Shown: in pieces, positions 1 through 8,989 of the stretch
Numbering within the stretch: the stretch's first letter is position 1
Layout: every line of letters begins with the position of its first letter
Made by a program: the position numbers and the translations under genes
Origin: Candidatus Hodarchaeota archaeon
Lineage (GTDB): Archaea > Asgardarchaeota > Heimdallarchaeia > Hodarchaeales > Hodarchaeaceae
Assembly: GCA_016840035.1 (NCBI GenBank)
Contig: JAEOTC010000154.1
Location: 1-64,000, forward strand
Direction: 5' to 3'
DNA: 64,000 nucleotides
The notes under the pieces: model-generated
Seen by the model: only the letters and a program-made list of their open reading frames with translations
What the model was told of the DNA's origin: nothing
Database searches by the model: none

Positions 1-986
1 CCATTTTCTGCTTCGTCTACATACATTATTCGTCCTTTAATGAAATAAGCCCCCATATCTTTTGCCTGTTGATAGAATTCTTCGAAGCCTTTTCCTTGTG
101 CTCGGATATCTATATAGAAAGAAAATACATCGGCTAGTGGTAGGGCACCTAGTATCAATTGAGACTGTTTGATTGAGTACATACAACAAATTTGAGAACA
201 TAGTTCATTTCCAACAGTTTTATCACGACTTCCTACACAGTAAAGATAGGCAATTTTCCCTGGCTCCTTCCCATCTGACGGGCGTAATACTGCATTATAA
301 GGTCTAGTTGGAGCTAATAAACGATCCATTTGCATAGCCGTTATGATATTCTTACTTTGTCCAAATCCAAATTCTGGTTTTAATGTGGCATCAAATAATT
401 CAAATCCAGTTGCAAGTAAGACTGATTTGACACGGACATTCTTAATAACAGGCTTTTGAAGGAAATTGATCGCGGAGGTTGGACATACTTTTTCACATTG
501 ACCACAAAATATACAATTTTCGATATCGATCACTGATTTCTTTGGGACTGCAATATCAAAGGCGATATACACTGCTTTCCTTCCCCTCATATGATATTGA
601 AATTCATCACTAACTATTACAGGACATTCCATCTCGCAGAGTGAACAACCTGTACAATCATCCCATTCGACATATTTTGGTTTTTGAATAATTTTTCCCC
701 GAAAATCGGCTTCATCATGTTTGACGACTTCTTCAATTTCAGAGTAAGCCGAAAGTGTAATATTTGGGTGATATACAGCACTTGCCATTTTTGGAGTCGC
801 AATACAAGCCGAACAATCAAGAGTAGGGAAAACTTTACTTAATTGTGCCATTATTCCTCCAACAGTTGGGGATTTATCCACAAGTAAGACATTTCGACCT
901 GCATCACCTAATGTGAGGGCTGCTTCTATTCCAGCAATTCCTGCTCCAATAATCAATGTATCATAATCTTCACAATCTTCATTCAT
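1..986 (-). CDS. hdrA: Heterodisulfide reductase subunit A-like FAD/4Fe-4S protein (runs off the window's left edge)
   Basis: Absent from the ORF track; hand-translated from ATG at 986: MNEDCEDYDTLIIGAGIAGIEAAL..., KVFPTLDCSAC, CTGCSLCEMECP, CIFCGQCEKVCP, CVGSRD..CSQICCMYSIK, FYIDIRAQGKGFEEFY. Open to the window edge. Confidence 0.93.
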   Translation of the reverse strand, partial: MNEDCEDYDTLIIGAGIAGIEAALTLGDAGRNVLLVDKSPTVGGIMAQLSKVFPTLDCSACIATPKMASAVYHPNITLSAYSEIEEVVKHDEADFRGKIIQKPKYVEWDDCTGCSLCEMECPVIVSDEFQYHMRGRKAVYIAFDIAVPKKSVIDIENCIFCGQCEKVCPTSAINFLQKPVIKNVRVKSVLLATGFELFDATLKPEFGFGQSKNIITAMQMDRLLAPTRPYNAVLRPSDGKEPGKIAYLYCVGSRDKTVGNELCSQICCMYSIKQSQLILGALPLADVFSFYIDIRAQGKGFEEFYQQAKDMGAYFIKGRIMYVDEAEN

Positions 987-997
987 AACAGCTACTC

Positions 998-1405
998 CTA
1001 AGTAGTAGATAATTCCTGTAATTTTTCAGAAAAGGTTTTAACATGATTTAAAAATGGTTCAACACAGACAGAGCATATTGCTGCCATTTTCAATCTATTC
1101 ACATCAATTTCATGACTTTCTAAAAGTTCAACTGCCTCACGTACTCGATCAGAAGTTTTTTGAGGACATTCCTCTGTAAAAGGACAATCTCCCCCATCTG
1201 CGGTGATGAATACACCATCAAAACCACTCTGAAGTGCAAGGAGAACATAATCGGCTCTTACCATACTCGAACATGGAACCCGAATTATTGAAGTTGAAGG
1301 AGAATAATGCTTGTGCAATAATCCAGTCTGATCAACAGCTGGATCAGAGATTAAAGTTGTTGTAAATATAAGAATTTTGGGTTTTACTTTCTCACTACTG
1401 GTCAT
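998..1405 (-). CDS. MvhD/FlpD-like iron-sulfur subunit, atypical Cys pattern
   Basis: KPKILIF...IIRVPCSSMV...GFDGVF...NRLK pattern parallels MvhD; sits directly upstream of hdrA. Confidence 0.8.
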   Translation of the reverse strand: MTSSEKVKPKILIFTTTLISDPAVDQTGLLHKHYSPSTSIIRVPCSSMVRADYVLLALQSGFDGVFITADGGDCPFTEECPQKTSDRVREAVELLESHEIDVNRLKMAAICSVCVEPFLNHVKTFSEKLQELSTT

Positions 1406-1473
1406 CTACATCACATAAATCGTCTAATAAGAGAAACTTTGACTCTTTCTAAATTTTCTTTGGATTTAATAAT

Positions 1474-1506
1474 AAAAAAAGAAAGGGGAAGGTAACCACC
1501 TCTTTC
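1474..1506 (-). terminator. Imperfect hairpin plus T-tract after dsrE-tusA
   Basis: Minus strand reads GAAAGAGG-TGGTTACCTT-CCCCTTTC-TTTTTTT. Confidence 0.5.
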
Positions 1507-1517
1507 GTTAAATATAA

Positions 1518-1766
1518 TCAACGTTTTCGTTTAACAAATATCTTGAAGTAACCCTTGTCTTCAACGTCACCTAAATATTCATGGCCAATCTTTTTACACC
1601 ATAGAGGGATATCTCTTTTTGTACCTGCATCTGCAGACCAAACTTCAAGAACACCATCCATAGGAACCTTTGTCATCGCTTTTTTTGCAGCTAATAAAGG
1701 GCCTGGACAACTCTCAGCGCGCGCATCAACCAAGTGGTCTGATTTTATATTATCTACATCTGACAT
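1518..1766 (-). CDS. tusA: TusA/SirA-family sulfur carrier
   Basis: DARAESCPGPLL motif, ~82 aa. Start moved to ATG 1766 (MSDVDN) to avoid overlap with dsrE. Confidence 0.9.
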   Translation of the reverse strand: MSDVDNIKSDHLVDARAESCPGPLLAAKKAMTKVPMDGVLEVWSADAGTKRDIPLWCKKIGHEYLGDVEDKGYFKIFVKRKR

Positions 1767-1794
1767 TTTTATCACCATTTCAATTACTTTGTAT

Positions 1795-2220
1795 TCAAAT
1801 AAAGTAAGTTGCTTTTGATTGTGTACTGGTCCATACGATTTCTCCAGCACCAACAATATCATCGACGAATTCTAAATTCTCTAAATCGGCGCTCCATGCT
1901 TTTCCACAAGCAGCGCAAACATAAATCTTTACTTGACCCATTTCTTTTGCTTGTTTGATCATTTCGTACCAAGGAGAAATTCCACCTTTCATAATAAGAT
2001 CTTTGAACTTCTCATCGGTATATTCGAGATGTTCACTTAACGTGTTATCTTTTCCAATTACATCCTTTTTAAAGGCATAAGTTCCCCATAGCATAAGATA
2101 TATGTCAACAGAATAATCCATCGCTATAGCAGCATTCGTCAAAATCGCCATACCAATTAGTCGATCTATTGTTCCAGAAAATACGACCATAGTTATCTTT
2201 TCTTCTTCTTCTGACTCCAT
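1795..2220 (-). CDS. DsrE/DsrF/DrsH-like (DsrE2-type) sulfurtransferase
   Basis: ITMVVFSGTIDRL...YLMLWG...KIYVCAAC...DDIVGAG; adjacent to tusA. Confidence 0.85.
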   Translation of the reverse strand: MESEEEEKITMVVFSGTIDRLIGMAILTNAAIAMDYSVDIYLMLWGTYAFKKDVIGKDNTLSEHLEYTDEKFKDLIMKGGISPWYEMIKQAKEMGQVKIYVCAACGKAWSADLENLEFVDDIVGAGEIVWTSTQSKATYFI

Positions 2221-2450
2221 TTTCTACAACTCTTATCGGTTTAACAAGAAAAAATACTTTGTTTCAGAAAATTACGTTGTTAATTATGCGCTAATAACTC
2301 TCCGTTTTTAACTTTTCGTATAAAGTCACAATATAATTACTTGTGGATGAATTAAGAGTAGCTACTACTCATTTCATCTATACTAGTAGTAAGTATCATA
2401 AAAGAATAATCTATTGTGAATAATTATGTAAAATTGAAGACGGAAGGTTT

Positions 2451-2477
2451 TTAACAACATTTATTTTCCGTTGTTAA
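2451..2477. promoter_or_regulatory. Candidate operator inverted repeat overlapping a TATA-like box
   Basis: Perfect TTAACAAC-N11-GTTGTTAA abutting GGAAGG-TTTTTAA, in the divergent dsrE/tusA intergenic region. Confidence 0.4.
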
Positions 2478-2662
2478 CTTGACGTAAATAACTTGGGGTT
2501 ATTAGCATATTGCGCTATTACTCTTATTTCTCTGTTTGGAGCTAGTATTAACCATTTAAATATGTCAGTAATCCTAAAAGCTATTTACTTTGGATAATTA
2601 AAAAACAAACCAATAAATTAGATAATTAGAAACAAATCAATTAATTAAAGGATAGATATAGA

Positions 2663-2896
2663 ATGGTTGATATTGACATGACATTGGACTGCCAAGGTTT
2701 ATCTTGTCCAATGCCGATCGTAAAATTAAACGCAACAATCAAGAAGATAGAAGTAGGACAGGTTCTAGAGATGATTGGAACTGATCCTGGATCAAAGAAG
2801 GACGTACCTTTGTGGTGCAAACGAAAAGGCAATGAATTACTAGAGACAATCGAAGAAGGCGGTATTTTCAGATTTATTATCCAACGTAAAAAATGA
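2663..2896 (+). CDS. tusA: TusA/YeeD-family sulfur carrier
   Basis: LDCQGLSCPMPIV motif; D-P-G-S-x-x-D. Confidence 0.92.
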   Translation: MVDIDMTLDCQGLSCPMPIVKLNATIKKIEVGQVLEMIGTDPGSKKDVPLWCKRKGNELLETIEEGGIFRFIIQRKK

Positions 2897-2905
2897 GGAA
2901 TTTTT

Positions 2906-4156
2906 ATGTCAGAAGATGGAATGTTTTCAGAAGTAAAGGAAGTTCTGTTTGGCGATTCATGGAAGATGTGGGTCGGGGCAATTGTACTATCTTTTTTGAG
3001 TATATGCCTCTTCATTATCATATCCCCATGGGGTGCCTCTGGCGGTGTTCTTAACTGGGGTGAACAAATAATTAAACCCATAATGAACGAAACTGCTACA
3101 GAAATTACCAAACATCGATACGCAATGCTGAATATTATGATCGTGATCGGTGCGCTTTCGAGTGCATTGATGGCGAAACAATTTGCGATTCGAATTCCTC
3201 CACTCGGTGAACTCGTAAAAGGGTTAGTCGGTGGTGTATTAATTGGAGTTGGAGCCATCATTGGAAGCTCCTGTACTCTAGGTGGTTTCTACAGTGGATG
3301 GCCAGCCATGTCATTTGGTGCCTTTATCTTTACCCTTGGGTTAGCAGTTGGAACTTTCATTGCTGTTCTCTACCTAATGTGGGAAGCAGATAAATACCCA
3401 GGGATTAGTGGTGGTGCAACTAAAACTTTCTTAGGTGCTGCTGGTTGGCAACCAATTGTTGGAGTTTTAGTCTTCATCGTGGGACTGCTAATGCTATTCT
3501 TATTCCCCACAACCCCTGAAAAGCTTCTTGAAGGGTCAGCAGTGATGTTAGGTTTTGCATTCATTGGTTTACTGATCGGCTGGGTACTCCAACGATCACG
3601 ATTCTGCATTGTCAGAGCCTTGAGAGAACCTTTTATGACTGGTGAAACCTCTGCAGCTAAAGCAGTCATGGTAGGAATTATTGTAGGTCTAATTGGGTTT
3701 GTTACCATTAAGTTCTTTGGAGTATTCTTCCCCTTAAGCTTTGGAGGTACTGGAACAACTGGTTATGCTCAATCCATGTTTGTTTTTGGTAATGTTTGGA
3801 TCTCTGGTTTACTTGGTGGTATCATTTTCGGAATTGGTATGACTATTGCAGGTGGATGCGTTGTCGGTTCTCTTTGGAGATCAGGCGAAGGCCAAGTAAA
3901 ACTTTGGTTCTCTGTCATTGGAATGACTATCGCTATGCCCCTAACAAACTCCTTTAAGAACCAATTCTTAGAGTGGACTGGTGGACAAGCCAATATTACT
4001 GATGCAATGTACCTTCCTACTATTATTGGTGACTTTGTTGATAATGATCTCTTCCTTAGTTACCTTGGTGGTGTTCTTTTCGTTTTAGTTGCTATTGCTA
4101 TCTGGTATGTAATTATCAAATGGAACGAAAAATCAGGTAAATTGTCCCGAATGTAA
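2906..4156 (+). CDS. YeeE/YedE (TsuA/SoxT-like) sulfur-compound transporter
   Basis: Multi-TM and Gly-rich, with three family Cys motifs GSSCTLGG, RSRFCIV and AGGCVVGSLW; follows tusA by 9 bp. Confidence 0.88.
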   Translation: MSEDGMFSEVKEVLFGDSWKMWVGAIVLSFLSICLFIIISPWGASGGVLNWGEQIIKPIMNETATEITKHRYAMLNIMIVIGALSSALMAKQFAIRIPPLGELVKGLVGGVLIGVGAIIGSSCTLGGFYSGWPAMSFGAFIFTLGLAVGTFIAVLYLMWEADKYPGISGGATKTFLGAAGWQPIVGVLVFIVGLLMLFLFPTTPEKLLEGSAVMLGFAFIGLLIGWVLQRSRFCIVRALREPFMTGETSAAKAVMVGIIVGLIGFVTIKFFGVFFPLSFGGTGTTGYAQSMFVFGNVWISGLLGGIIFGIGMTIAGGCVVGSLWRSGEGQVKLWFSVIGMTIAMPLTNSFKNQFLEWTGGQANITDAMYLPTIIGDFVDNDLFLSYLGGVLFVLVAIAIWYVIIKWNEKSGKLSRM

Positions 4157-4180
4157 GAATTTTCCAAAAAAATACAGTAA

Positions 4181-4216
4181 GAAAGGAGGGTTTCAATCCT
4201 CCTTTCACCTTTTTTT
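4181..4216 (+). terminator. Stem-loop plus T-tract terminator
   Basis: GAAAGGAGG-N8-CCTCCTTTC then ACCTTTTTTT. Confidence 0.65.
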
Positions 4217-4335
4217 CAGAAAGAGTGAGTATTTTTAGTAAAGTAAGGTAAATATATTCTAAATTCAAATCAATAAAATATCAAATACCAAAATCGAATT
4301 GTAATAATAAAAATCGGAATTTGTGGAAATAATAA

Positions 4336-5121
4336 ATGGACAACTTTAGTTGCAGTCTTGATCATCCGATATTCGAAATCCTTTCGAATAAAACTCGTTT
4401 AGAAATTCTACGGATGATTGCATGTGAACAAAATTATGGGAGTAGAATTGCATCAATTCTAAATATCTCTGCTCCAGCTATCCATCGTCATCTGAAATTT
4501 CTCTCTCAAGAAATTAAAGATGATAATATGGAGGATTTTAGTTATATAAAACCGTCATATACAACAAGCGAAAGTTATTCTGGACATAAAGGTGCCGAAG
4601 CCACAGTTTATGAAATTGGAACTAAAATGTATTTTTCCTTTGCGTTATACCCAAATTTTATTCAATCTCATGCCTTTCTTGTAGGCGCTGAAGCATCTTT
4701 AAATGAAAATACTTCCAATAACCTCGATGATGACATACAGGGACGTGAGAAACATAAAAACCTAAGTTCTAATAGAAGTATAGAAGAATATTCCAAGCTT
4801 TTCAACAAAATACAGGAAAAAAACGAAAAAATCAGAGATCTTGAAACCCAGATAATGAATATTCTTGAAGAAAAAAACGACTTAATGAAAGATATCGATT
4901 CCTCCATCCAGAAAAGTTCCTCACTTTCATTCGACGAACGAGTTAGCCTACGTCTGATGGCGTGTCAAGGACCAGTATGCATTCCCAACTTACCTGAACT
5001 TCTTCGTCAGGATGTTGAAGTTACAAAGAAAAATCTTATCAACCTTAAACTCAGAGGTTGGTTCTCAAAATTTGAAGATGAAGTTCAGAATGGAATCAAA
5101 AATATCCCAGAGGTTGAATAG
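4336..5121 (+). CDS. ArsR-family HTH regulator with coiled-coil C-terminal part
   Basis: IFEILSNKTRLEILRMI...IASILNISAPAIHRHLKFL. Confidence 0.8.
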   Translation: MDNFSCSLDHPIFEILSNKTRLEILRMIACEQNYGSRIASILNISAPAIHRHLKFLSQEIKDDNMEDFSYIKPSYTTSESYSGHKGAEATVYEIGTKMYFSFALYPNFIQSHAFLVGAEASLNENTSNNLDDDIQGREKHKNLSSNRSIEEYSKLFNKIQEKNEKIRDLETQIMNILEEKNDLMKDIDSSIQKSSSLSFDERVSLRLMACQGPVCIPNLPELLRQDVEVTKKNLINLKLRGWFSKFEDEVQNGIKNIPEVE

Positions 5122-5165
5122 TTCTTTTCTGTGAAATACGACTAAAAAAAAAGAGAGGGGGAAGA

Positions 5166-6038
5166 TTAAGCAGTTAGCTTATCTAATACTTCTTGGACCT
5201 TAATTGTGTGCATCTTGAAGCCAGCACTGAAATCAAGACCTATTGCAAGTCCTAAAAGTTCAGCATAGAAGAAAACGGGAAGAGTAGTCTTTTCAAAATG
5301 CTTAGTCATAAGTCTTTGACCGATATCATATGATACATAACAGGTGGGACAGACAGTTACAAGTGCATCTGCATTTGCTAACTCAGCACCTACGATTTTC
5401 TCATGAGCAATCTTGAGAGCTGCATCCATATCTGTTGTTCGCGTACCAGCCCCACAACAGGCCAGTTTGTTAAGATATGGAACTGTTTCAGCACCTAATG
5501 CCTCTAATAAGTGATCCAATTTTTGAGGAAGTTCAGGATTATCAACCTGCATGATATCTGTGGGTTTTAGGAAATGACAACCATTGTGGGAAGCTATTTT
5601 AATCCCTGAAAGAGGATTAGTAACTTTTTGTGCAATCTTGTCAATACCAATCTCAGTGTATAGAAATTCGGCAAAATGGTTAATTTTTATTGTTCCTTTA
5701 AATTCCCGATCTACATCCTTTAAATGCTCATTCACCTTAGATTTAAGGTCCGGGTCATTTTTCAAGTGAGTATTTATAATTTTTAGCGATTCAAAACACC
5801 CACTACAAGCTGTAAGAATGTCCAGACCTTCTTCTTCAGCTAAACATAGATTTCGTGCTCCTAAAGTATGCCAAGCCACACTATCGAATGCTTGAACACC
5901 ACCAGGATCTGGACAACAAGCAAACGGTAAGTCTACAAGTTCTACGTCGAATATTGGTAAAGTTTTACGCAAAGAGGTTTCAATGAACGGTACACGATAG
6001 GGAATAGTACATCCAACAAAAAAAGCATATTTAGACAT
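5166..6038 (-). CDS. hdrB: Heterodisulfide reductase subunit B
   Basis: FFVGC, CCPDP, ACSGCF, HNGCH, CCGAG, VCPTCY (two CCG domains). Confidence 0.93.
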   Translation of the reverse strand: MSKYAFFVGCTIPYRVPFIETSLRKTLPIFDVELVDLPFACCPDPGGVQAFDSVAWHTLGARNLCLAEEEGLDILTACSGCFESLKIINTHLKNDPDLKSKVNEHLKDVDREFKGTIKINHFAEFLYTEIGIDKIAQKVTNPLSGIKIASHNGCHFLKPTDIMQVDNPELPQKLDHLLEALGAETVPYLNKLACCGAGTRTTDMDAALKIAHEKIVGAELANADALVTVCPTCYVSYDIGQRLMTKHFEKTTLPVFFYAELLGLAIGLDFSAGFKMHTIKVQEVLDKLTA

Positions 6039-6535
6039 TATTTTGCATCCTCCTTTAGAGCATTGAGTTTAGCTATCACTCCTGTAACTTCCATAAGCTT
6101 TTGAATTTCAGTCATATCAGGAGGAGGTATTTCTGGCAGTTCAAGCTTGTCCCTTTTCCTCAGAGCTGATGTTGATTTTGCTGCAGTAATCCCAGTTTCC
6201 AATATTGCAGTCATTTCAGTGATAATCCCAGGTGGAGCATTTTTGATTTTCACAGCGATATTTTTCATGTCGTTTATAACATGACAAATATCAATCCCTT
6301 GTGGACAACGGGTACTGCAAGTATAGCATCCTGTGCAGTACCAAATTTGTTGTTCATCGAATATTTCCGCAGAAATGTCCCCTGCAAGTAATTTTTCCAT
6401 AACTCGACGGGGATTAAAACTTGAGTACTGCTTAAACACAGGACAACCACCAGCGCAAGTTCCACATTGGTAACACAGCTTTACTTTGTCATAGAGGTCT
6501 TTAAATTCTTCTTTGAGTTCAGTTGTTAAAGTCAT
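6038..6535 (-). CDS. hdrC: Heterodisulfide reductase subunit C
   Basis: CYQCGTCAGGCP and CTGCYTCSTRCPQG. Confidence 0.93.
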   Translation of the reverse strand: MTLTTELKEEFKDLYDKVKLCYQCGTCAGGCPVFKQYSSFNPRRVMEKLLAGDISAEIFDEQQIWYCTGCYTCSTRCPQGIDICHVINDMKNIAVKIKNAPPGIITEMTAILETGITAAKSTSALRKRDKLELPEIPPPDMTEIQKLMEVTGVIAKLNALKEDAK

Positions 6536-6565
6536 TTCTTTTTCTCACCAAGCCTTTCTATGTAC

Positions 6566-8986
6566 TTACCGCTCCAACTTTCCTAGTTCTTCGAGTCGTT
6601 TAGCCATCTTTCTTGCAGTTTCAACAAATCGATTTGAGCTCTCTGTATAAACTGTTTCTTTTTCCAATCTGTCTGGGTTGATTCCACTATATTCCAGCAT
6701 CTGTTTCATAAGATGTACTCGAATTGTAGAAGCTTTTGAACCTGAATCATAATGACATTTATCCTCAAAGCAACCCAATACAATAATACCATCGGCTCCT
6801 TTTTCAAATGTCTTCTGAATTAACCTCGCAGAAACATTCCCAGTACATTGAACAGGTAAAATTCGAACATTATCAGGATACTTAAATTCAGGATCCGTTA
6901 AACACCCTTGACCTATGAAATCTGTAGATGCGTAGGCACATTCCCAACAGGCCAACGTGATAATTATCGGATCTGGAGTTTCTCCGTTATCATAAAGGAG
7001 GCCCTCGACTTGGCTCAGAATTTGATCCTCTCTATAGTAATCAATGTCTATACACGCTGCAGGACAGCTTGATACACATTGACCGCATCCTAAACAAGAT
7101 AAAGGATTCACCTGCATCTTGACCCCAGGATTTTCTACAGGTACGACATCTATGGCTCCAAATGGACATGCTCCTACACAAATCTCACATAACGTACAAC
7201 GATCGTTATCGATCTCAGCAATTGGAAATCTCTTCTCAACCGAACCTTTTGTTAGGAGTAGATCCAAATGACTCGCTGCATGTGCAGCCTTTGTTATAGT
7301 TGTAGGAATATCAGCGGGAGCTATTGCGGTTCCAGCTACAAAAATCCCAGCTTGATTGGTCTCAGATGTTCTAAATTTCGAATAGAGACCTTTGAAGTAG
7401 CCAGTTACATCAACATTTACGTTTAACAGTTCGGCTATTTTCTGGACTCCTGATGAAGGAACCATACTCATAGATAGTGCAACCATATCCGTTTTTAGAG
7501 TCAACATCGTATCAGCTTGAGAATCCTCAACCTGTACATAGAGGTTTGTTCCATCAGTCTCCACTTCAGCAGGCCGTCCTCGGATGAATTTTATTCCAAG
7601 ATCACGCGCTTTATTATAAAATTCTTCATAATTTGCACCTACGGCACGAATATCTATGTAACAGCAATAAACATCAATTTCAGGATTTTTCTCTTTAATC
7701 GTTATTGCATGTTTTATTCCAATCATACAACAAATATTACTACACCAGATATTGTAATTTTGAGAGCGAGATCCAACACAATTGATTATTACAAGTCTTT
7801 TTACAGGATCACCATTTTTCTTTTGTAATTTACCATGATATGGACCTGTTAAAGCTAATAGACGAGCTAATTCGGACTGTGTGATGACGTTCTCGTATCC
7901 TGGTACTCCATAGTGATATTCTTCCACAATTGCTGGGTCAAATTCTTGAAAGCCAGTTGCTAAGATAATTCCACCAGCTGTTACCGTAGTTGTCGTCTCT
8001 CGTTCGTTCAGATCGATAGCATTGACAGGACAAACTTTAACGCACTCTGTACATCCTTCAGGACATTCATCACGATTAACAACATATTTTGTAGGGGAAC
8101 AAGTAATATTGGGAAGATATATTGCTTTTCTTGTACTTAAACCTAGATTCATCTCATCTGGTTTTTCCACTGGACATGCCTGACTACATAAATCACAATT
8201 TACACATCTATCCATTTTTACATATGTTGGTTGAGATTTGATTGTTACATTGTAACCCCCTAACCTACCTGTAACATTTTCTACCTCAGATCTTATGTAT
8301 AAATTAATTTTCGGATGCAAGTCAAAACCTGACCGATAGAAACAACGTCTAACACTTGATTGATGAACTCCTCTGACACCAGTACTGGTTTGACATGCCG
8401 CACAGTCTTCACTCGGGAAAAAAGCACCTAATTTTACTGCGTTTCCACCGATGTAAGGTTGTCGGTCAATTATATGCACTTCATGTCCTTTTTCAGCTAA
8501 ATCCTGAGCAGCTTGAAGTCCTGCGGGTCCTGCTCCGATTATAACTGCTGATTGGCTTATATTAATTTTCTGTACTTCTACAGGTGCTTGATATCCTGCT
8601 CTATTATGTGCTCCTAGTAAAACCGCCTTGGCTTTTTTAGTTGCTGAATCTTTATCTGAACTAACCCATCCTACGTGTTCACGTAAATTCGCACCGGTTA
8701 CCTGGTAAGGGGAAATATTCAATCCTTTTAATTCCTGTTCAAATAGATAACCTGCTGTTTTAGGGGTACATCCACCAAAAACAATTGCATCAGGTTGTTC
8801 TCTACCTACAACTTCCTTCAGGTAATTTTTACCCTCTTCAGAGCAAAGACTCTCGTGATATACACAGAAATTATCATTCTCAGCCGTCTTTTCCTCGATG
8901 AATGCTTTGAGATTGTCCCAATCAATGTTTCTGATTGATCCACCACAATTACATAAAAAAGTCCCAATTTTCATTGCTTTTGCCAC
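6566..8986 (-). CDS. hdrA: HdrA-MvhD fusion protein
   Basis: GTG start. LCNCG N-domain, GAGPAG FAD motif, ferredoxin motifs, CVGSR..CSNICC; C-terminal MvhD domain ACWECAY..QCTG..GCFEDKCHY. Confidence 0.9.
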   Translation of the reverse strand: MAKAMKIGTFLCNCGGSIRNIDWDNLKAFIEEKTAENDNFCVYHESLCSEEGKNYLKEVVGREQPDAIVFGGCTPKTAGYLFEQELKGLNISPYQVTGANLREHVGWVSSDKDSATKKAKAVLLGAHNRAGYQAPVEVQKINISQSAVIIGAGPAGLQAAQDLAEKGHEVHIIDRQPYIGGNAVKLGAFFPSEDCAACQTSTGVRGVHQSSVRRCFYRSGFDLHPKINLYIRSEVENVTGRLGGYNVTIKSQPTYVKMDRCVNCDLCSQACPVEKPDEMNLGLSTRKAIYLPNITCSPTKYVVNRDECPEGCTECVKVCPVNAIDLNERETTTTVTAGGIILATGFQEFDPAIVEEYHYGVPGYENVITQSELARLLALTGPYHGKLQKKNGDPVKRLVIINCVGSRSQNYNIWCSNICCMIGIKHAITIKEKNPEIDVYCCYIDIRAVGANYEEFYNKARDLGIKFIRGRPAEVETDGTNLYVQVEDSQADTMLTLKTDMVALSMSMVPSSGVQKIAELLNVNVDVTGYFKGLYSKFRTSETNQAGIFVAGTAIAPADIPTTITKAAHAASHLDLLLTKGSVEKRFPIAEIDNDRCTLCEICVGACPFGAIDVVPVENPGVKMQVNPLSCLGCGQCVSSCPAACIDIDYYREDQILSQVEGLLYDNGETPDPIIITLACWECAYASTDFIGQGCLTDPEFKYPDNVRILPVQCTGNVSARLIQKTFEKGADGIIVLGCFEDKCHYDSGSKASTIRVHLMKQMLEYSGINPDRLEKETVYTESSNRFVETARKMAKRLEELGKLER

Positions 8987-8989
8987 CTT

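Noticed and set aside
1518-2896. TusA proteins as the missing modifier for the E1
   Set aside because: TusA is not beta-grasp, both copies end in basic residues, and they lie more than 30 kb away in a sulfur cluster.
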